Below, piece by piece: positions 44,439 through 53,659 of a stretch of 64,000 bases of DNA (position 1 is its first letter; each line of letters begins with the position of its first letter). The notes beneath the pieces were generated by a model. It was not told where the DNA came from. It saw nothing but the letters and a program-made list of their open reading frames with translations, and did no database searches. The DNA comes from Myxococcota bacterium (lineage in GTDB: Bacteria > Myxococcota_A > UBA796 > UBA2385). The translations under genes were made by a program, and so were the position numbers. Location: positions 2,370 to 66,369 of the forward strand of contig CAXQUZ010000757.1 of NCBI GenBank assembly GCA_964226865.1. Direction: 5' to 3'.

Positions 44439-46166
44439 TTGCCCCGTCCCGTCCCCGGTGCCCGCCTGCTCCTGCTCGGCCTGCTCGGCCCGGGCTGCGG
44501 GCCCGCCCCCGCCCCCGGTGCCCCGACCGCCCCGGCCGGCGCCGGCCTCCCGACCGCCGACACGGGCCCCGCCGCCGACAGCGCAGCCCCCCGGGCGGTC
44601 CTGCCCGTGCCCGACACCCCGGGCTGGGTCCACACCGACCCGGCCCCCGCCGCCCCCTGTGCCGACCCCGAGGCCCGCGCGCGCCTCGGCCCCGGGGCCT
44701 GGGTGGACGACCCGACGGGCCCCGCCGCCCTGGGCGACTTCGCGGGCGAGCTGCCCGGCTCGACCATGTCCATGGCCGTCGGCGACATCGACGGCGACGG
44801 CGTCTTCGACCTGGTCTACGGGCGCCCGGACGGCGTGCGGCTCTACCACGGCACCGGCGACGGCCGCTTCGCCCCGATGGCCCCCGGGGCCTGGCCCGGC
44901 CTCGAGCCCGCCGACCAGCTCCTCAGCGGCGTCATCCTCGTCGACCTCGACGACGACGGCGACCTCGACGTGGTCGCCACCCACCGCACCCGGCTGCCCC
45001 GCCGCTACGAGAACGACGGCCACGGCCACTTCACGGCCCACGACGACCTCGACCCCAGCCCGGCCCCCCTGGCCCACGTGGGCAGCGCCGTGGGCGACCT
45101 CGACGGCGACGGCCAGCTCGACCTCTTCGTCGGCGGCAACCAGCCCGCCCGCTTCGACCCGGCCGATCCCGTGCCCGCCGAGCCCGCCGCCGTCTTCGAC
45201 CTGGCCGGGGGGGTGCTGCGGCCCCACAGCGTCGCCCTGCCCGCCGCCGCCCACCCGGGCTACACCTTCGTCACGGGCCTCGTGGACCTCGACGAAGATG
45301 GCTTGCTTGACGCCCTTCTCATCAACGACCACGGGGCCTTTGGCGGGCCGAACCAGCTGCTCTGGAACCGGTCCCGGCCCGGCACGCTCGACTTCGCCGT
45401 CGACGACGGCAGCCACGGCCTCACCCTGACCATGCTCGGCATGGGCCTCGGCGTGGGCGACCTGAACGACGACGGCCGGCCCGATCTGGCGATCAGCAAC
45501 CGGGGCACCCCCAAGCTGCTGCTCAGCACCCCCGACGGCGCCTGGTACGACACGGCCTGGGCCTCCGGGGTGCGCGACAGCGACCGCTCCTCGGTGGGCT
45601 GGGGCACGGCCTTCGGCGACCTCGACAACGACGGCGACCTCGACCTGTCGATGGTCTTCGGCATGCTGCCCGGGGTGGGCGACGAGCACTTCCCCAACGA
45701 CCCCGAGCAGCCCGACAAGCTCTTCCTCAACGACGGCACGGGCCAGTTCACGGACGTGGCCGCGGCCTGGGGCCTCGACGACCGCTCGGTGGGCCGCAGC
45801 TCGGTGCTCGCCGACCTGAACGGCGACGGCTTCCTCGACGTGGTGCTGGCGCCCCAGTTCGCCCCGCCCCGGGTCTGGCTCGCCCGCTGCGACACCCAGG
45901 CCTGGCTGGCCGTCGCGCTCGTCCAGCCGCCGCCCAACATCGACGCCGTGGGCGCCAAGGTCCAGGTCGTGGCCGGCGACCGGGTCTGGACCCGCTGGGT
46001 GGCCGCCGGGGGCCGCAGCTTCGGCGCGAGCCCGCCCCTCGTGCTCCACTTCGGCCTGGGCATGCGGGATCGGGTCGACCGGGTGCTCGTCACCTGGCCC
46101 GACGGGGCCGTGACCGAGGCGACCGACCTGGCCACCCGCCAGCGCATCGAGCTGGGCCGCGACTGA
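44439..46166 (+). CDS. FG-GAP/VCBS repeat + ASPIC/UnbV protein (CRTAC1-like), lipoprotein-type signal
   Basis: Real part of ORF 43281..46166; proposed TTG start at 44439 (PRPVPGARLLLLGLLGPGC). Repeated GDxDGDGxxDL motifs. C-terminal GAKVQVVAGDRVWTRWVAAGGRSFGASPPLVLHFGLG is UnbV/ASPIC-like. Confidence 0.82.
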   Translation: MPRPVPGARLLLLGLLGPGCGPAPAPGAPTAPAGAGLPTADTGPAADSAAPRAVLPVPDTPGWVHTDPAPAAPCADPEARARLGPGAWVDDPTGPAALGDFAGELPGSTMSMAVGDIDGDGVFDLVYGRPDGVRLYHGTGDGRFAPMAPGAWPGLEPADQLLSGVILVDLDDDGDLDVVATHRTRLPRRYENDGHGHFTAHDDLDPSPAPLAHVGSAVGDLDGDGQLDLFVGGNQPARFDPADPVPAEPAAVFDLAGGVLRPHSVALPAAAHPGYTFVTGLVDLDEDGLLDALLINDHGAFGGPNQLLWNRSRPGTLDFAVDDGSHGLTLTMLGMGLGVGDLNDDGRPDLAISNRGTPKLLLSTPDGAWYDTAWASGVRDSDRSSVGWGTAFGDLDNDGDLDLSMVFGMLPGVGDEHFPNDPEQPDKLFLNDGTGQFTDVAAAWGLDDRSVGRSSVLADLNGDGFLDVVLAPQFAPPRVWLARCDTQAWLAVALVQPPPNIDAVGAKVQVVAGDRVWTRWVAAGGRSFGASPPLVLHFGLGMRDRVDRVLVTWPDGAVTEATDLATRQRIELGRD

Positions 46167-46184
46167 AGCGCCGGGGCCCGCCCC

Positions 46185-46769
46185 TCAGAAGCGCACGGCC
46201 ACGCCCGCGCCGATGCTCTGGCGCAGCAGCTGGTCCTGGGGCAGCAGCCGGGTGGTGCGGGCGAAGATCTCGGTGTTGTCGAGCACGTCGAAGCCCGCGC
46301 GCAGCTCCTCTTCGCGCCAGCTCGCGCTCAGCCCCTCCGAGTGGCGGTAGCGGGCGTGGACCCGGCCCAGGTTGAGCCCCAGGCCGAGCTCGACGCCGAC
46401 CAGGGGGCCGAGCTCGAGCATGGCCCCGTCCGTGGCGCCCAGGGCCCCGCCGGCGCCGGCGAAGAGCCCCAGGTCGATGTCGACGGCGTCCACCCGCTTG
46501 AGCAGGTCGAGGCCGCCGGCGAGGCGCCCCGTCCAGACGCCGTTGCCGATGCCCCGGCCCTCGAGGCTGCCGTAGGCGCGGCCCAGGTCGAGGCGCAGCC
46601 CGAGGGCCAGGGTGGCGTCAGTGCTGTCGCCGGTGGTGGCCCCGGCGAGGACGGCCTCGTCGGTGACCGTGGTCTGCTGGGCCTGGAGCGAGGCATCCAG
46701 CCGGAGCCGCTCGTCGGCGGCGTGGGCAGCGGGGGCGGTCAGCAGGGCGGCGAGCAGCAGGCTGGGCAT
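46185..46769 (-). CDS. Small outer-membrane beta-barrel-like protein
   Basis: ORF 46185..46814 trimmed to the ATG at 46769 (MPSLLLAALLTAPAAHA signal). Alternating hydrophobic strands and a terminal aromatic residue (AVRF). Confidence 0.55.
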   Translation of the reverse strand: MPSLLLAALLTAPAAHAADERLRLDASLQAQQTTVTDEAVLAGATTGDSTDATLALGLRLDLGRAYGSLEGRGIGNGVWTGRLAGGLDLLKRVDAVDIDLGLFAGAGGALGATDGAMLELGPLVGVELGLGLNLGRVHARYRHSEGLSASWREEELRAGFDVLDNTEIFARTTRLLPQDQLLRQSIGAGVAVRF

Positions 46770-46932
46770 CGGGGTCTCCTCGGCAGGTCGGGGCCGCGTC
46801 GCTGCGACCTCCACCCCACCGAACGCGGCAGCCCCCCCCGGCCGGCCGCCCCAGAGGTTGCAGCGGCTCGCGGGCGCTTGCGGCCAATTTCGGCGCCGGG
46901 ACGGAGCAGGGCCGGGAGCGGGGGCCCCGGAC

Positions 46933-48276
46933 TCAGCGTGGGTCGGGGGGCTGCGCTGCAGCGGCCTCGGGGTCGGTCTGCACCGCCGCCCCGTCCCCCT
47001 CCGGCCACGGGAAGGGATGCGCCAGCGCGGCCCAGCCCGCCGGATCCCGGCGCTCCTCCTCGGTCATCAGGGCCGCGTCAAAGCCCGCCCGCAGGGCCGC
47101 CTCGTCGATGTCGATGCCGATGAGCACGATCTCCTGGCGGCGATCGCCGTAGTCGGGGTGCCAGAGCGCGGCGAGCTCGGCCTCGAGCTCCGCGTCGAGC
47201 CCGCGCTGCTCCGGCGGGATGGCCGCGAACCACATGCCCAGCACCCCGCTCTCCCAGCAGGCGCCCGCAAGCTGGAGCTCGGCGGTGAGCTGGGGACGCG
47301 AGGCCACCCAGAACCACCCCTTCGCACGGACCACCCCGGGCCAGGGGGCGTCGAGCCAGGCCCGCAGCCGCCCCGGGTGGAAGGGGTGGCGGGCGCGGTA
47401 GACGAGGCTGCCGATGCCGTACTGCTCGGTCTCGGGGGTGTGGCTGCCCTCGAGCTCCTGGATCCAGGCCGGCCGCAGCATGGCCGCCTCCATGTCGAAG
47501 AGGCCCGTGCCGAGAACGGCGTCGAGGTCGACCTCTCCGCGCACGGCGGGGACGATCCGCGCGTCCGGGTTCAGGGCCCGCAGCCGCGCCTCGACCGCCC
47601 GGCGCTGGGCCGGCGTCGTGCGGTCGAGCTTGTTGAGCACGAGCACATCGGCGAACTCGACCTGCTCCACCAGCAAGGAGGCGAGGCTGCGGTCGTCCCC
47701 CGGGCCCAGCCCCACCGCGCGCCCGGCGAGGGTGTCGCGGGCCGCGAGCTCGGCCGGGAAGGTGGCGGCATCGACCACCGTGACCATGGTGTCGAGTCGG
47801 GCGAGCGACGACAGAGAGCGGCCCTCCTCGTCGACGAAGGTGAAGGTCTGGGCCACCGGCAGCGGCTCGCTGATGCCCGTGGACTCGATGAGCAGGTGGT
47901 CGAAGCGCCCCTCCCGCGCGAGGCGGGCGACCTCTTCGAGCAGGTCTTCGCGCAAGGTGCAGCAGATGCAGCCGTTGCTCAGCTCGACGAGCTGCTCCTC
48001 GGTGCGCGAGAGCGCGGCCTGGCCCTCGCGCACGAGCGCCGCGTCGACGTTGACCTCGCTCATGTCGTTGACGATGACCGCCACCCGCTTGCCCGCACGG
48101 TTGCGGAGAATGTGGTTGAGCAGGGTGGTCTTGCCGGCGCCGAGAAAGCCGGAGAGCACGGTCACGGGCAGCCGCGGCGCGGCCGAGGCGGGGGACGGGG
48201 CCGACACCGGGGACGACACCGGTGGAGGGGACGGGGACGGGCGTGCAGGCAAGAGAGACTCCAGTTGGGAGCCCAT
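46933..48276 (-). CDS. COG0523 (CobW/ZigA/YjiA) G3E GTPase, putative zinc metallochaperone
   Basis: P-loop [15 protein letters not shown], metal motif [26 protein letters not shown] at 48276 chosen (MGSQLES). Confidence 0.92.
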   Translation of the reverse strand: MGSQLESLLPARPSPSPPPVSSPVSAPSPASAAPRLPVTVLSGFLGAGKTTLLNHILRNRAGKRVAVIVNDMSEVNVDAALVREGQAALSRTEEQLVELSNGCICCTLREDLLEEVARLAREGRFDHLLIESTGISEPLPVAQTFTFVDEEGRSLSSLARLDTMVTVVDAATFPAELAARDTLAGRAVGLGPGDDRSLASLLVEQVEFADVLVLNKLDRTTPAQRRAVEARLRALNPDARIVPAVRGEVDLDAVLGTGLFDMEAAMLRPAWIQELEGSHTPETEQYGIGSLVYRARHPFHPGRLRAWLDAPWPGVVRAKGWFWVASRPQLTAELQLAGACWESGVLGMWFAAIPPEQRGLDAELEAELAALWHPDYGDRRQEIVLIGIDIDEAALRAGFDAALMTEEERRDPAGWAALAHPFPWPEGDGAAVQTDPEAAAAQPPDPR

Positions 48277-48298
48277 GCTATTTCCCACCAACCGCTAT

Positions 48299-48313
48299 CG
48301 CAAATTGTTTGCG
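48299..48313. promoter_or_regulatory. Candidate Zur/Fur operator upstream of the COG0523 gene
   Basis: Perfect palindrome CGCAAA-TTG-TTTGCG in an AT-rich patch, 23 nt upstream of the COG0523 start and directly downstream of the Fur-family gene. Confidence 0.45.
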
Positions 48314-48374
48314 TTAAGGATCCTGCCCCGATGGGTGCCCCGCCGCCCGGCCCGGAGGCTCGCCCGTCCGGGAC

Positions 48375-48833
48375 TCAGGCCGCCGCGCAGCGCGCGCAGG
48401 TCCCCGTGATCCGCACCTGGAAGTCGGCGCCCTCGAGCACGGCCGGCAGCGCCCCGCCGGGGGTGCGCACGACGAGGGCCGGCAGGCAGGCGACCGTGCC
48501 GCAGGCCACACAGAGGAAGTGGGGGTGGTCTTCGCTGACGGGGCGGCAGGCGTCGCGCAGCTCGTAGCGCCAGACCCGGTCGCCGAGGTCCATCTTGCGC
48601 AGCAGCCCCTCGTCAGCGAGCGCAGAGAGCACCCGCCACACCGAGGCCTGGTCGTGGGCGCCCGTCGGCAGGGCGTCCATCACCTCGTCATGGGACATGG
48701 GCCGCGCCTTCTCGTGCAGCAACACGAGCACGGCCACCCGCACGGCGGTCGCCCGGAGGCCCCGCGCCCGGAGCAGCCCGCGCACCTCGTCTCGCACCCC
48801 GTCCAGCTGTCCTGCCACGCCGACCTCCACCAC
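48375..48833 (-). CDS. zur: Fur family transcriptional regulator (Zur-like)
   Basis: 152 aa. wHTH region RVAVLVLLHEKARPMSHDEVMDAL. HPHFLCVACGTVAC and a C-terminal CARC (two CxxC pairs). Adjacent to a COG0523 gene. Confidence 0.82.
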   Translation of the reverse strand: MVEVGVAGQLDGVRDEVRGLLRARGLRATAVRVAVLVLLHEKARPMSHDEVMDALPTGAHDQASVWRVLSALADEGLLRKMDLGDRVWRYELRDACRPVSEDHPHFLCVACGTVACLPALVVRTPGGALPAVLEGADFQVRITGTCARCAAA

Positions 48834-49076
48834 ACCACCCGGGAGGGCCTAACGGGCCGCCCCCCGGCCGGGCGCCTCAGCGGGGCTGGGGCCGGCTGCG
48901 GGTGCAGATGCGGCGCTCGCGCCCCGAGGGCAGGGCCGGGCGCACCGGGGCCATGACCCGCAGCTCGCGCAGCACCCAGGGGGCCAGCGGCACGAGGGGC
49001 GCCACGGCCGTGAAGCCCGGGGGCGGGGGCGAGGACCGCAGCGTGCCCAGTCCCGGCGGAACGAGGACCCAGTGGC

Positions 49077-50486
49077 TCATGAGGGCTCTCCGGCGGCGCT
49101 TCTGTCCCCAGCGGACGGGCCAGCGCTGCTTGCTTCATCCAAGATGCCGTCTTCATCAGCATCTTGCGGTTCTTCGGTCTCGGCCTGGAAGGGGGTGAGC
49201 TGCCAGACCACCGACCGGGGCAGGCTCACCCGGGCATGCCAGCCGTCGGCCTCCCAGCGCTCGCGCAGCACCTCGCCGTGCTCGTGCACCAGGGCGGCGA
49301 GGCGGGCCTCGGCGTGGGGCACGAAGACCGACAGCTCGGCCCAGTCGGCGCTGCGGCGGGCCACGACCACCTCGGCCAGGTCGTCGAGCCCCGTCCGGGC
49401 CACGGCGCTCACGGCGACGGCCGCACCGAAGTGCTGGCGCAGCACGCTCAGCGTCTCGGGGGCGTCGAGCTGGTCGACCTTGTTGAGCACCCCGACCACC
49501 CGGTCGAGCTCGACCCCCAGCTCGGCGAGCACCCCGTGCACCGCCTCGACCTGGCCCTCGGCCTCGGGGTGGGAGGCGTCGACCACATGCAGCAGCAGGT
49601 CGGCGTGGAGGGCCTCGGCCAGCGTCGAGCGGAAGGAGGCGACGAGGTGGTGGGGCAGGTCGCGGACGAAGCCGACCGTGTCGGAGACCGGGATGTCGAC
49701 GCCCGGGCGCACGGCCCAGCGGCGGCTCACGGTGTCGAGGGTCGCGAAGAGCTGGTCGGCGGCGTAGGTGCCGGCGTCGGTCAGGGTGTTGAGCAGGGTC
49801 GACTTGCCGGCGTTGGTGTAGCCGACGAGGCCCACGGTCCAGACCCGGTTGTTGCGGGCGCGCACGGCCCGCTCGCGGCGGGCGAGGACCTGGTCGAGCT
49901 CGCCCTTGAGGCGGCTGATGCGCTTCTGGACGATGCGCCGGTCGATCTCGATCTGCTGCTCGCCGGGGCCGCGGGTGCCGATGCCGCCGGAGCGGCCGCC
50001 GCCACCGCCGGCCTGGCGCTCGAGGTGGGACCACATGCCGCGCAGCCGGGGCGCCGTGTACTCGAGCTGGGCCAGCTCGACCTGGAGCATGGCCTCGCGG
50101 GTGCGGGCCCGGGCAGCGAAGATGTCGAGGATCAGCTCGCTGCGGTCGATCACGCGACACTGGAGACGCTTCTCGAGCTCGCGGATCTGGGCCGGAGAGA
50201 GCTCGTTGTCGAAGACGACGAGGTTCGCCTCGAGGCTCTGGAGGTCGTACTGGAGCTCTTGGACCTTGCCCCGGCCGATGTAGGTCGCCGGATCGGCCGG
50301 GCGCTGGCCGTCCTGCTCGCGGCCCCGGCGCTGGAGGATCCGCCCCACGACCGTGCCCGCCGCTGCCTCGACCAGGCTCTGGAGCTCGTCCTGGCGCAGA
50401 TCGGGGGAGAGGGAGGCGTCGGTGGGGTAGAGGCCGACGAGGACGGCGCGGTCGCCGGAGCCGGTGGTGTTTCGCGTGTCGAGCAT
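49077..50486 (-). CDS. hflX: GTPase HflX
   Basis: 469 aa. HflX N-domain (RSELILDIFAARARTREAMLQVELAQLEY, GTRGPGEQQIEIDRR). G-domain GYTNAGKSTLLN, SDTVGF, NKVD. Confidence 0.95.
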   Translation of the reverse strand: MLDTRNTTGSGDRAVLVGLYPTDASLSPDLRQDELQSLVEAAAGTVVGRILQRRGREQDGQRPADPATYIGRGKVQELQYDLQSLEANLVVFDNELSPAQIRELEKRLQCRVIDRSELILDIFAARARTREAMLQVELAQLEYTAPRLRGMWSHLERQAGGGGGRSGGIGTRGPGEQQIEIDRRIVQKRISRLKGELDQVLARRERAVRARNNRVWTVGLVGYTNAGKSTLLNTLTDAGTYAADQLFATLDTVSRRWAVRPGVDIPVSDTVGFVRDLPHHLVASFRSTLAEALHADLLLHVVDASHPEAEGQVEAVHGVLAELGVELDRVVGVLNKVDQLDAPETLSVLRQHFGAAVAVSAVARTGLDDLAEVVVARRSADWAELSVFVPHAEARLAALVHEHGEVLRERWEADGWHARVSLPRSVVWQLTPFQAETEEPQDADEDGILDEASSAGPSAGDRSAAGEPS

Positions 50487-50557
50487 CCCCGCCCTCTACG
50501 CTCGCATCCCCGGCCGCGCAAGGCGGCGGCGGCGACGTCCTCGCGACGTCTGGGCCT

Positions 50558-53500
50558 TCAGTCGGGGCGGGCCTCGACCTCGACCTGGGCCAGCCAGGCG
50601 GCCAGCCCCACGACGAGGCGCTCGCAGCGCGCGAGCTCGCCCTCGCGGGCGTGGTCCTCGATGTGGCGGCAGACCTCGGTGATCTGGGGGAAGCCATAGG
50701 CCCCGCCCGTGCCCTTGAAGCGGTGGGCCAGGCCGAGCAGCGCCGGGCGATCGTCCGCCGCGATGGCCGCCTGCATGCTGCGGATCGCCTCCCAGACGTC
50801 CTCGAGGTAGGCCGGCACCAGCGCCATGAGGGCCGGATCGAGCTGGACGGGGGCCTCGGGGGGCCGCAGGGCGGGCACGGGGGCGGGACTGTGGTCGAGG
50901 AGCACGGCGTCGAGGGCATCCTGGCGCACGGGCTTCTCGATGATGTGGGCGATGCCGAGGCCCGCGAGGCGCGCCGCGACCGGGGCCTCGGTGTGGGCCG
51001 AGACGATCACGATGGTGGCGGCGGGCCGGCCGGGGCGCTCGAGGGCCCGCATGCGCGCGGCCACCTCGTCGCCCATCATGTCGGGCATCTCGAGGTCGAG
51101 CAGCACGAGCTGGGGCCACCAGAGCACGAAGCGGCGCAGGGCCTCGGCGGCGCTGTCGGCCATCACGACGTGGGGCTGGTCGGCCTTGCGCAGCCGCAGC
51201 TCGAGGAGCTGGCGGGCGCTGGCGTCGTCGTCGACCACCAGCACCCGCGGCCGGGGCCCGCGCCAGGCGTCGAGGGCATGCAGCAGGCCGGCCCGGGCAA
51301 TGGGCTTGGTGAGGAAGCCGTTCATGCCCGCCTCTTCGCAGCGGCGGCGCACGGCCGCGGTCGCGTGGGCGGTCAGCGCCAGCACGGGCAGGTGGGCCAT
51401 GGGCCCGGCGCGGAGCAAGCGGGTGGCCTGGATGCCGTCCATATCGGGCATCTGGACGTCCATGAGCACCAGGTCGATGCCGCCCTCTTCGGCCCGGGCC
51501 ACCGCCTCGGCGCCCGTGCCCGCCACCACCACCTCGCAGCCGGCGTTCCGCAGGTAGTGCTCAGCGACGACGCGGTTGTTCGGATCGTCCTCGGCCAGCA
51601 GCACCCGCCCCCGGCCCACGGCGGGCGCGGCCACCCGCTCGCTCTGGTCGAGCAGGGCCCGGCGCAGGGCCTCTCGGGTCACGGGCCGGCGGACGTGGGC
51701 GTCGACCCCCGTGGGCACGGGCTCGGCGTGGGCGAGGCAGACCACCACCCGCAGCCCGGCGTCCCGGAACGCCCCGAGCCGGGCGCCGAGCACCCGCCGG
51801 TCGACCAGCACCGCCGCCATGCCGGCCAGCCTCGCGTCCGCGCCGAGCACCCGCACCTTGGCGCCGAGGTTCTCGAGCTGGGTGCGCACGGGGCCGAGCT
51901 GGCGCATGGGCAGGTCGATGCCCACGAGGCGCTCGAGCAGGGGCCGCTGGTGGGGCGGGCCGCTCAGCAGCCGGGCGCCGGGCAGGTGGAGCAGGAAGCA
52001 GGCGCCGGGGCGCTCGGGATCGTCGGGCTCGAGGGTCAGGAAGCCGCCCATGCGCTCGGCGAGGTTGCGGCTGATGCTGAGGCCGAGGCCCGTGCCCGGA
52101 CCGGCCCGGTCGCCCCGCTCGAAGCGGGAGAAGATGCGCTCCCGGGCCGCCGCCGAGACCCCGGGGCCGGCGTCCCGCACCCGGACGAAGAGGTCGCGCT
52201 CGACCGCCTCCACCGTGACCAATACATTGCCGTCTTCGGCGTGCTGGAGGGCATTCGAGACGAGGTTGGCCACGATCTGGCGCACCCGGGCCGCGTCGCC
52301 CAGGGTGCACCGGGCCCCGGGCTCGACGGCCACGTCGAGGGTGCGGCCCCGGCGCACGGCGGTGGCGGCGAAGCCGGCCGCGATGTCTTCGCACAGGGCG
52401 CCGATGTCGAAGCGCTCCCGGGCCAGCTCGAGGGTGTCGGACTCGATGCGCGAGAAGTCGAGCAGGTCGCTGAGCAGGTGGTGGAGCTGGGCGCTCGCCG
52501 CCCGCACCGAGCCGACGAGGTCGGCCTGGGTCGGCGTCAGGGCGCTGTCCATCACCAGCTCGGTCATGCCCATGATGGCGTTGAGCGGGGTGCGGATCTC
52601 GTGGGAGATGCTGGCCAGGAAGTCGTTCTTGGCGAGGTTGGCGCGCTCGGCTGTCTCCTTGGCCTCCCGGAGCTGCTCGGCGGCCCGCACCCGCTCGGTG
52701 ATGTCGCGGTAGACCCAGAGGCGGCCCCGGATCTGGCCGCCGTCGAGGATGGGCCGCGAGGTGCGCTCGAGCACCCGCCCGTCGCGGGTGGAGAGGGTGT
52801 CTTGCACGGCGCCCCGCCCCCCCTCGGCGGCCCGGACCGTGGCGAGGAAGCCCGCCGGGTCGACGAAGAGCCGCGAGGCCTCGACCGAGACGGGCCCGCT
52901 GGGCAGCCCCACGAGGGCCCCCACCTCGGCGAGCCCGAAGAGCCGCCCGAAGGCCGGGTTGGCCAGCGCCACCCGCCCCTCGGCGTCCTCGACCATCACC
53001 CCGTCGTCCATGGCCTCGAGCAGCGCCTGGTTGCGCAGATCCACCACGGCGAGGGTGTGGGAGACGTCGGTGACCGCGCGCTCCTGGCGGGCCAGCCGCC
53101 GCGCCCAGCCCCCCACCGCCCGGAGCACCTGGCCGATGAGGGGGCTGAGGCGCTGGGCGAGGTCGATGGAGGCCGGCCCGAAGTGGCCCCGCTGGGGGTG
53201 CACACAGACGAGCATGCCCTCGCCCTGGCCGAGCCGCAGGGGCACGCAGAGGACCGAGACCACCCCCTCCCGGTCGGCCGCGCCGCGGTCGCGCCAGAGG
53301 GGGGCGTGGGCGGCGTCGAAGAAGGCCACCGGGCGACCGGCGGCGGCCCGGGCCAGGGGGCCCGTCCAGTGCCAGCCCTCGCCGCAGGGCCAGCCGGGGC
53401 GGGTCGAGGCGGCCACGGCGGCCGCGTCGCCGGCGCGCAGCAGCACGAAGGCCTCGGCGTAGTCCAGCAGGGGGCGCAGCATGTCGAGGGTGAGGTCGAG

Positions 53501-53659
53501 CAGCTCGTCCTCGTTGCTGGCCTCGACCAACACCCGCACCGCCTCGAGGGCCGCCGCCGACTCGCTGCGCAGGCGGCGCTCGCGGGTCTCGGCCCGGTGC
53601 AGCGCGAGCTGGGCTTCCTGGAGCAGCTCGCGCAGGGTCGCCGCGTCGCCCTCAGACAT
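50558..53659 (-). CDS. Hybrid sensor histidine kinase (GAF-PAS-HisKA-HATPase-REC-REC-HPt)
   Basis: 1033 aa. H-box SHEIRTPLNAIMG. GTGLGLSISRNL. Two receiver domains (LLAEDDPNN...LVLMDVQMPDMDG; VLVVDDDASA...LVLLDLEMPDMMG). C-terminal HPt AHRFKGTGGAYG. Confidence 0.93.
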   Translation of the reverse strand: MSEGDAATLRELLQEAQLALHRAETRERRLRSESAAALEAVRVLVEASNEDELLDLTLDMLRPLLDYAEAFVLLRAGDAAAVAASTRPGWPCGEGWHWTGPLARAAAGRPVAFFDAAHAPLWRDRGAADREGVVSVLCVPLRLGQGEGMLVCVHPQRGHFGPASIDLAQRLSPLIGQVLRAVGGWARRLARQERAVTDVSHTLAVVDLRNQALLEAMDDGVMVEDAEGRVALANPAFGRLFGLAEVGALVGLPSGPVSVEASRLFVDPAGFLATVRAAEGGRGAVQDTLSTRDGRVLERTSRPILDGGQIRGRLWVYRDITERVRAAEQLREAKETAERANLAKNDFLASISHEIRTPLNAIMGMTELVMDSALTPTQADLVGSVRAASAQLHHLLSDLLDFSRIESDTLELARERFDIGALCEDIAAGFAATAVRRGRTLDVAVEPGARCTLGDAARVRQIVANLVSNALQHAEDGNVLVTVEAVERDLFVRVRDAGPGVSAAARERIFSRFERGDRAGPGTGLGLSISRNLAERMGGFLTLEPDDPERPGACFLLHLPGARLLSGPPHQRPLLERLVGIDLPMRQLGPVRTQLENLGAKVRVLGADARLAGMAAVLVDRRVLGARLGAFRDAGLRVVVCLAHAEPVPTGVDAHVRRPVTREALRRALLDQSERVAAPAVGRGRVLLAEDDPNNRVVAEHYLRNAGCEVVVAGTGAEAVARAEEGGIDLVLMDVQMPDMDGIQATRLLRAGPMAHLPVLALTAHATAAVRRRCEEAGMNGFLTKPIARAGLLHALDAWRGPRPRVLVVDDDASARQLLELRLRKADQPHVVMADSAAEALRRFVLWWPQLVLLDLEMPDMMGDEVAARMRALERPGRPAATIVIVSAHTEAPVAARLAGLGIAHIIEKPVRQDALDAVLLDHSPAPVPALRPPEAPVQLDPALMALVPAYLEDVWEAIRSMQAAIAADDRPALLGLAHRFKGTGGAYGFPQITEVCRHIEDHAREGELARCERLVVGLAAWLAQVEVEARPD

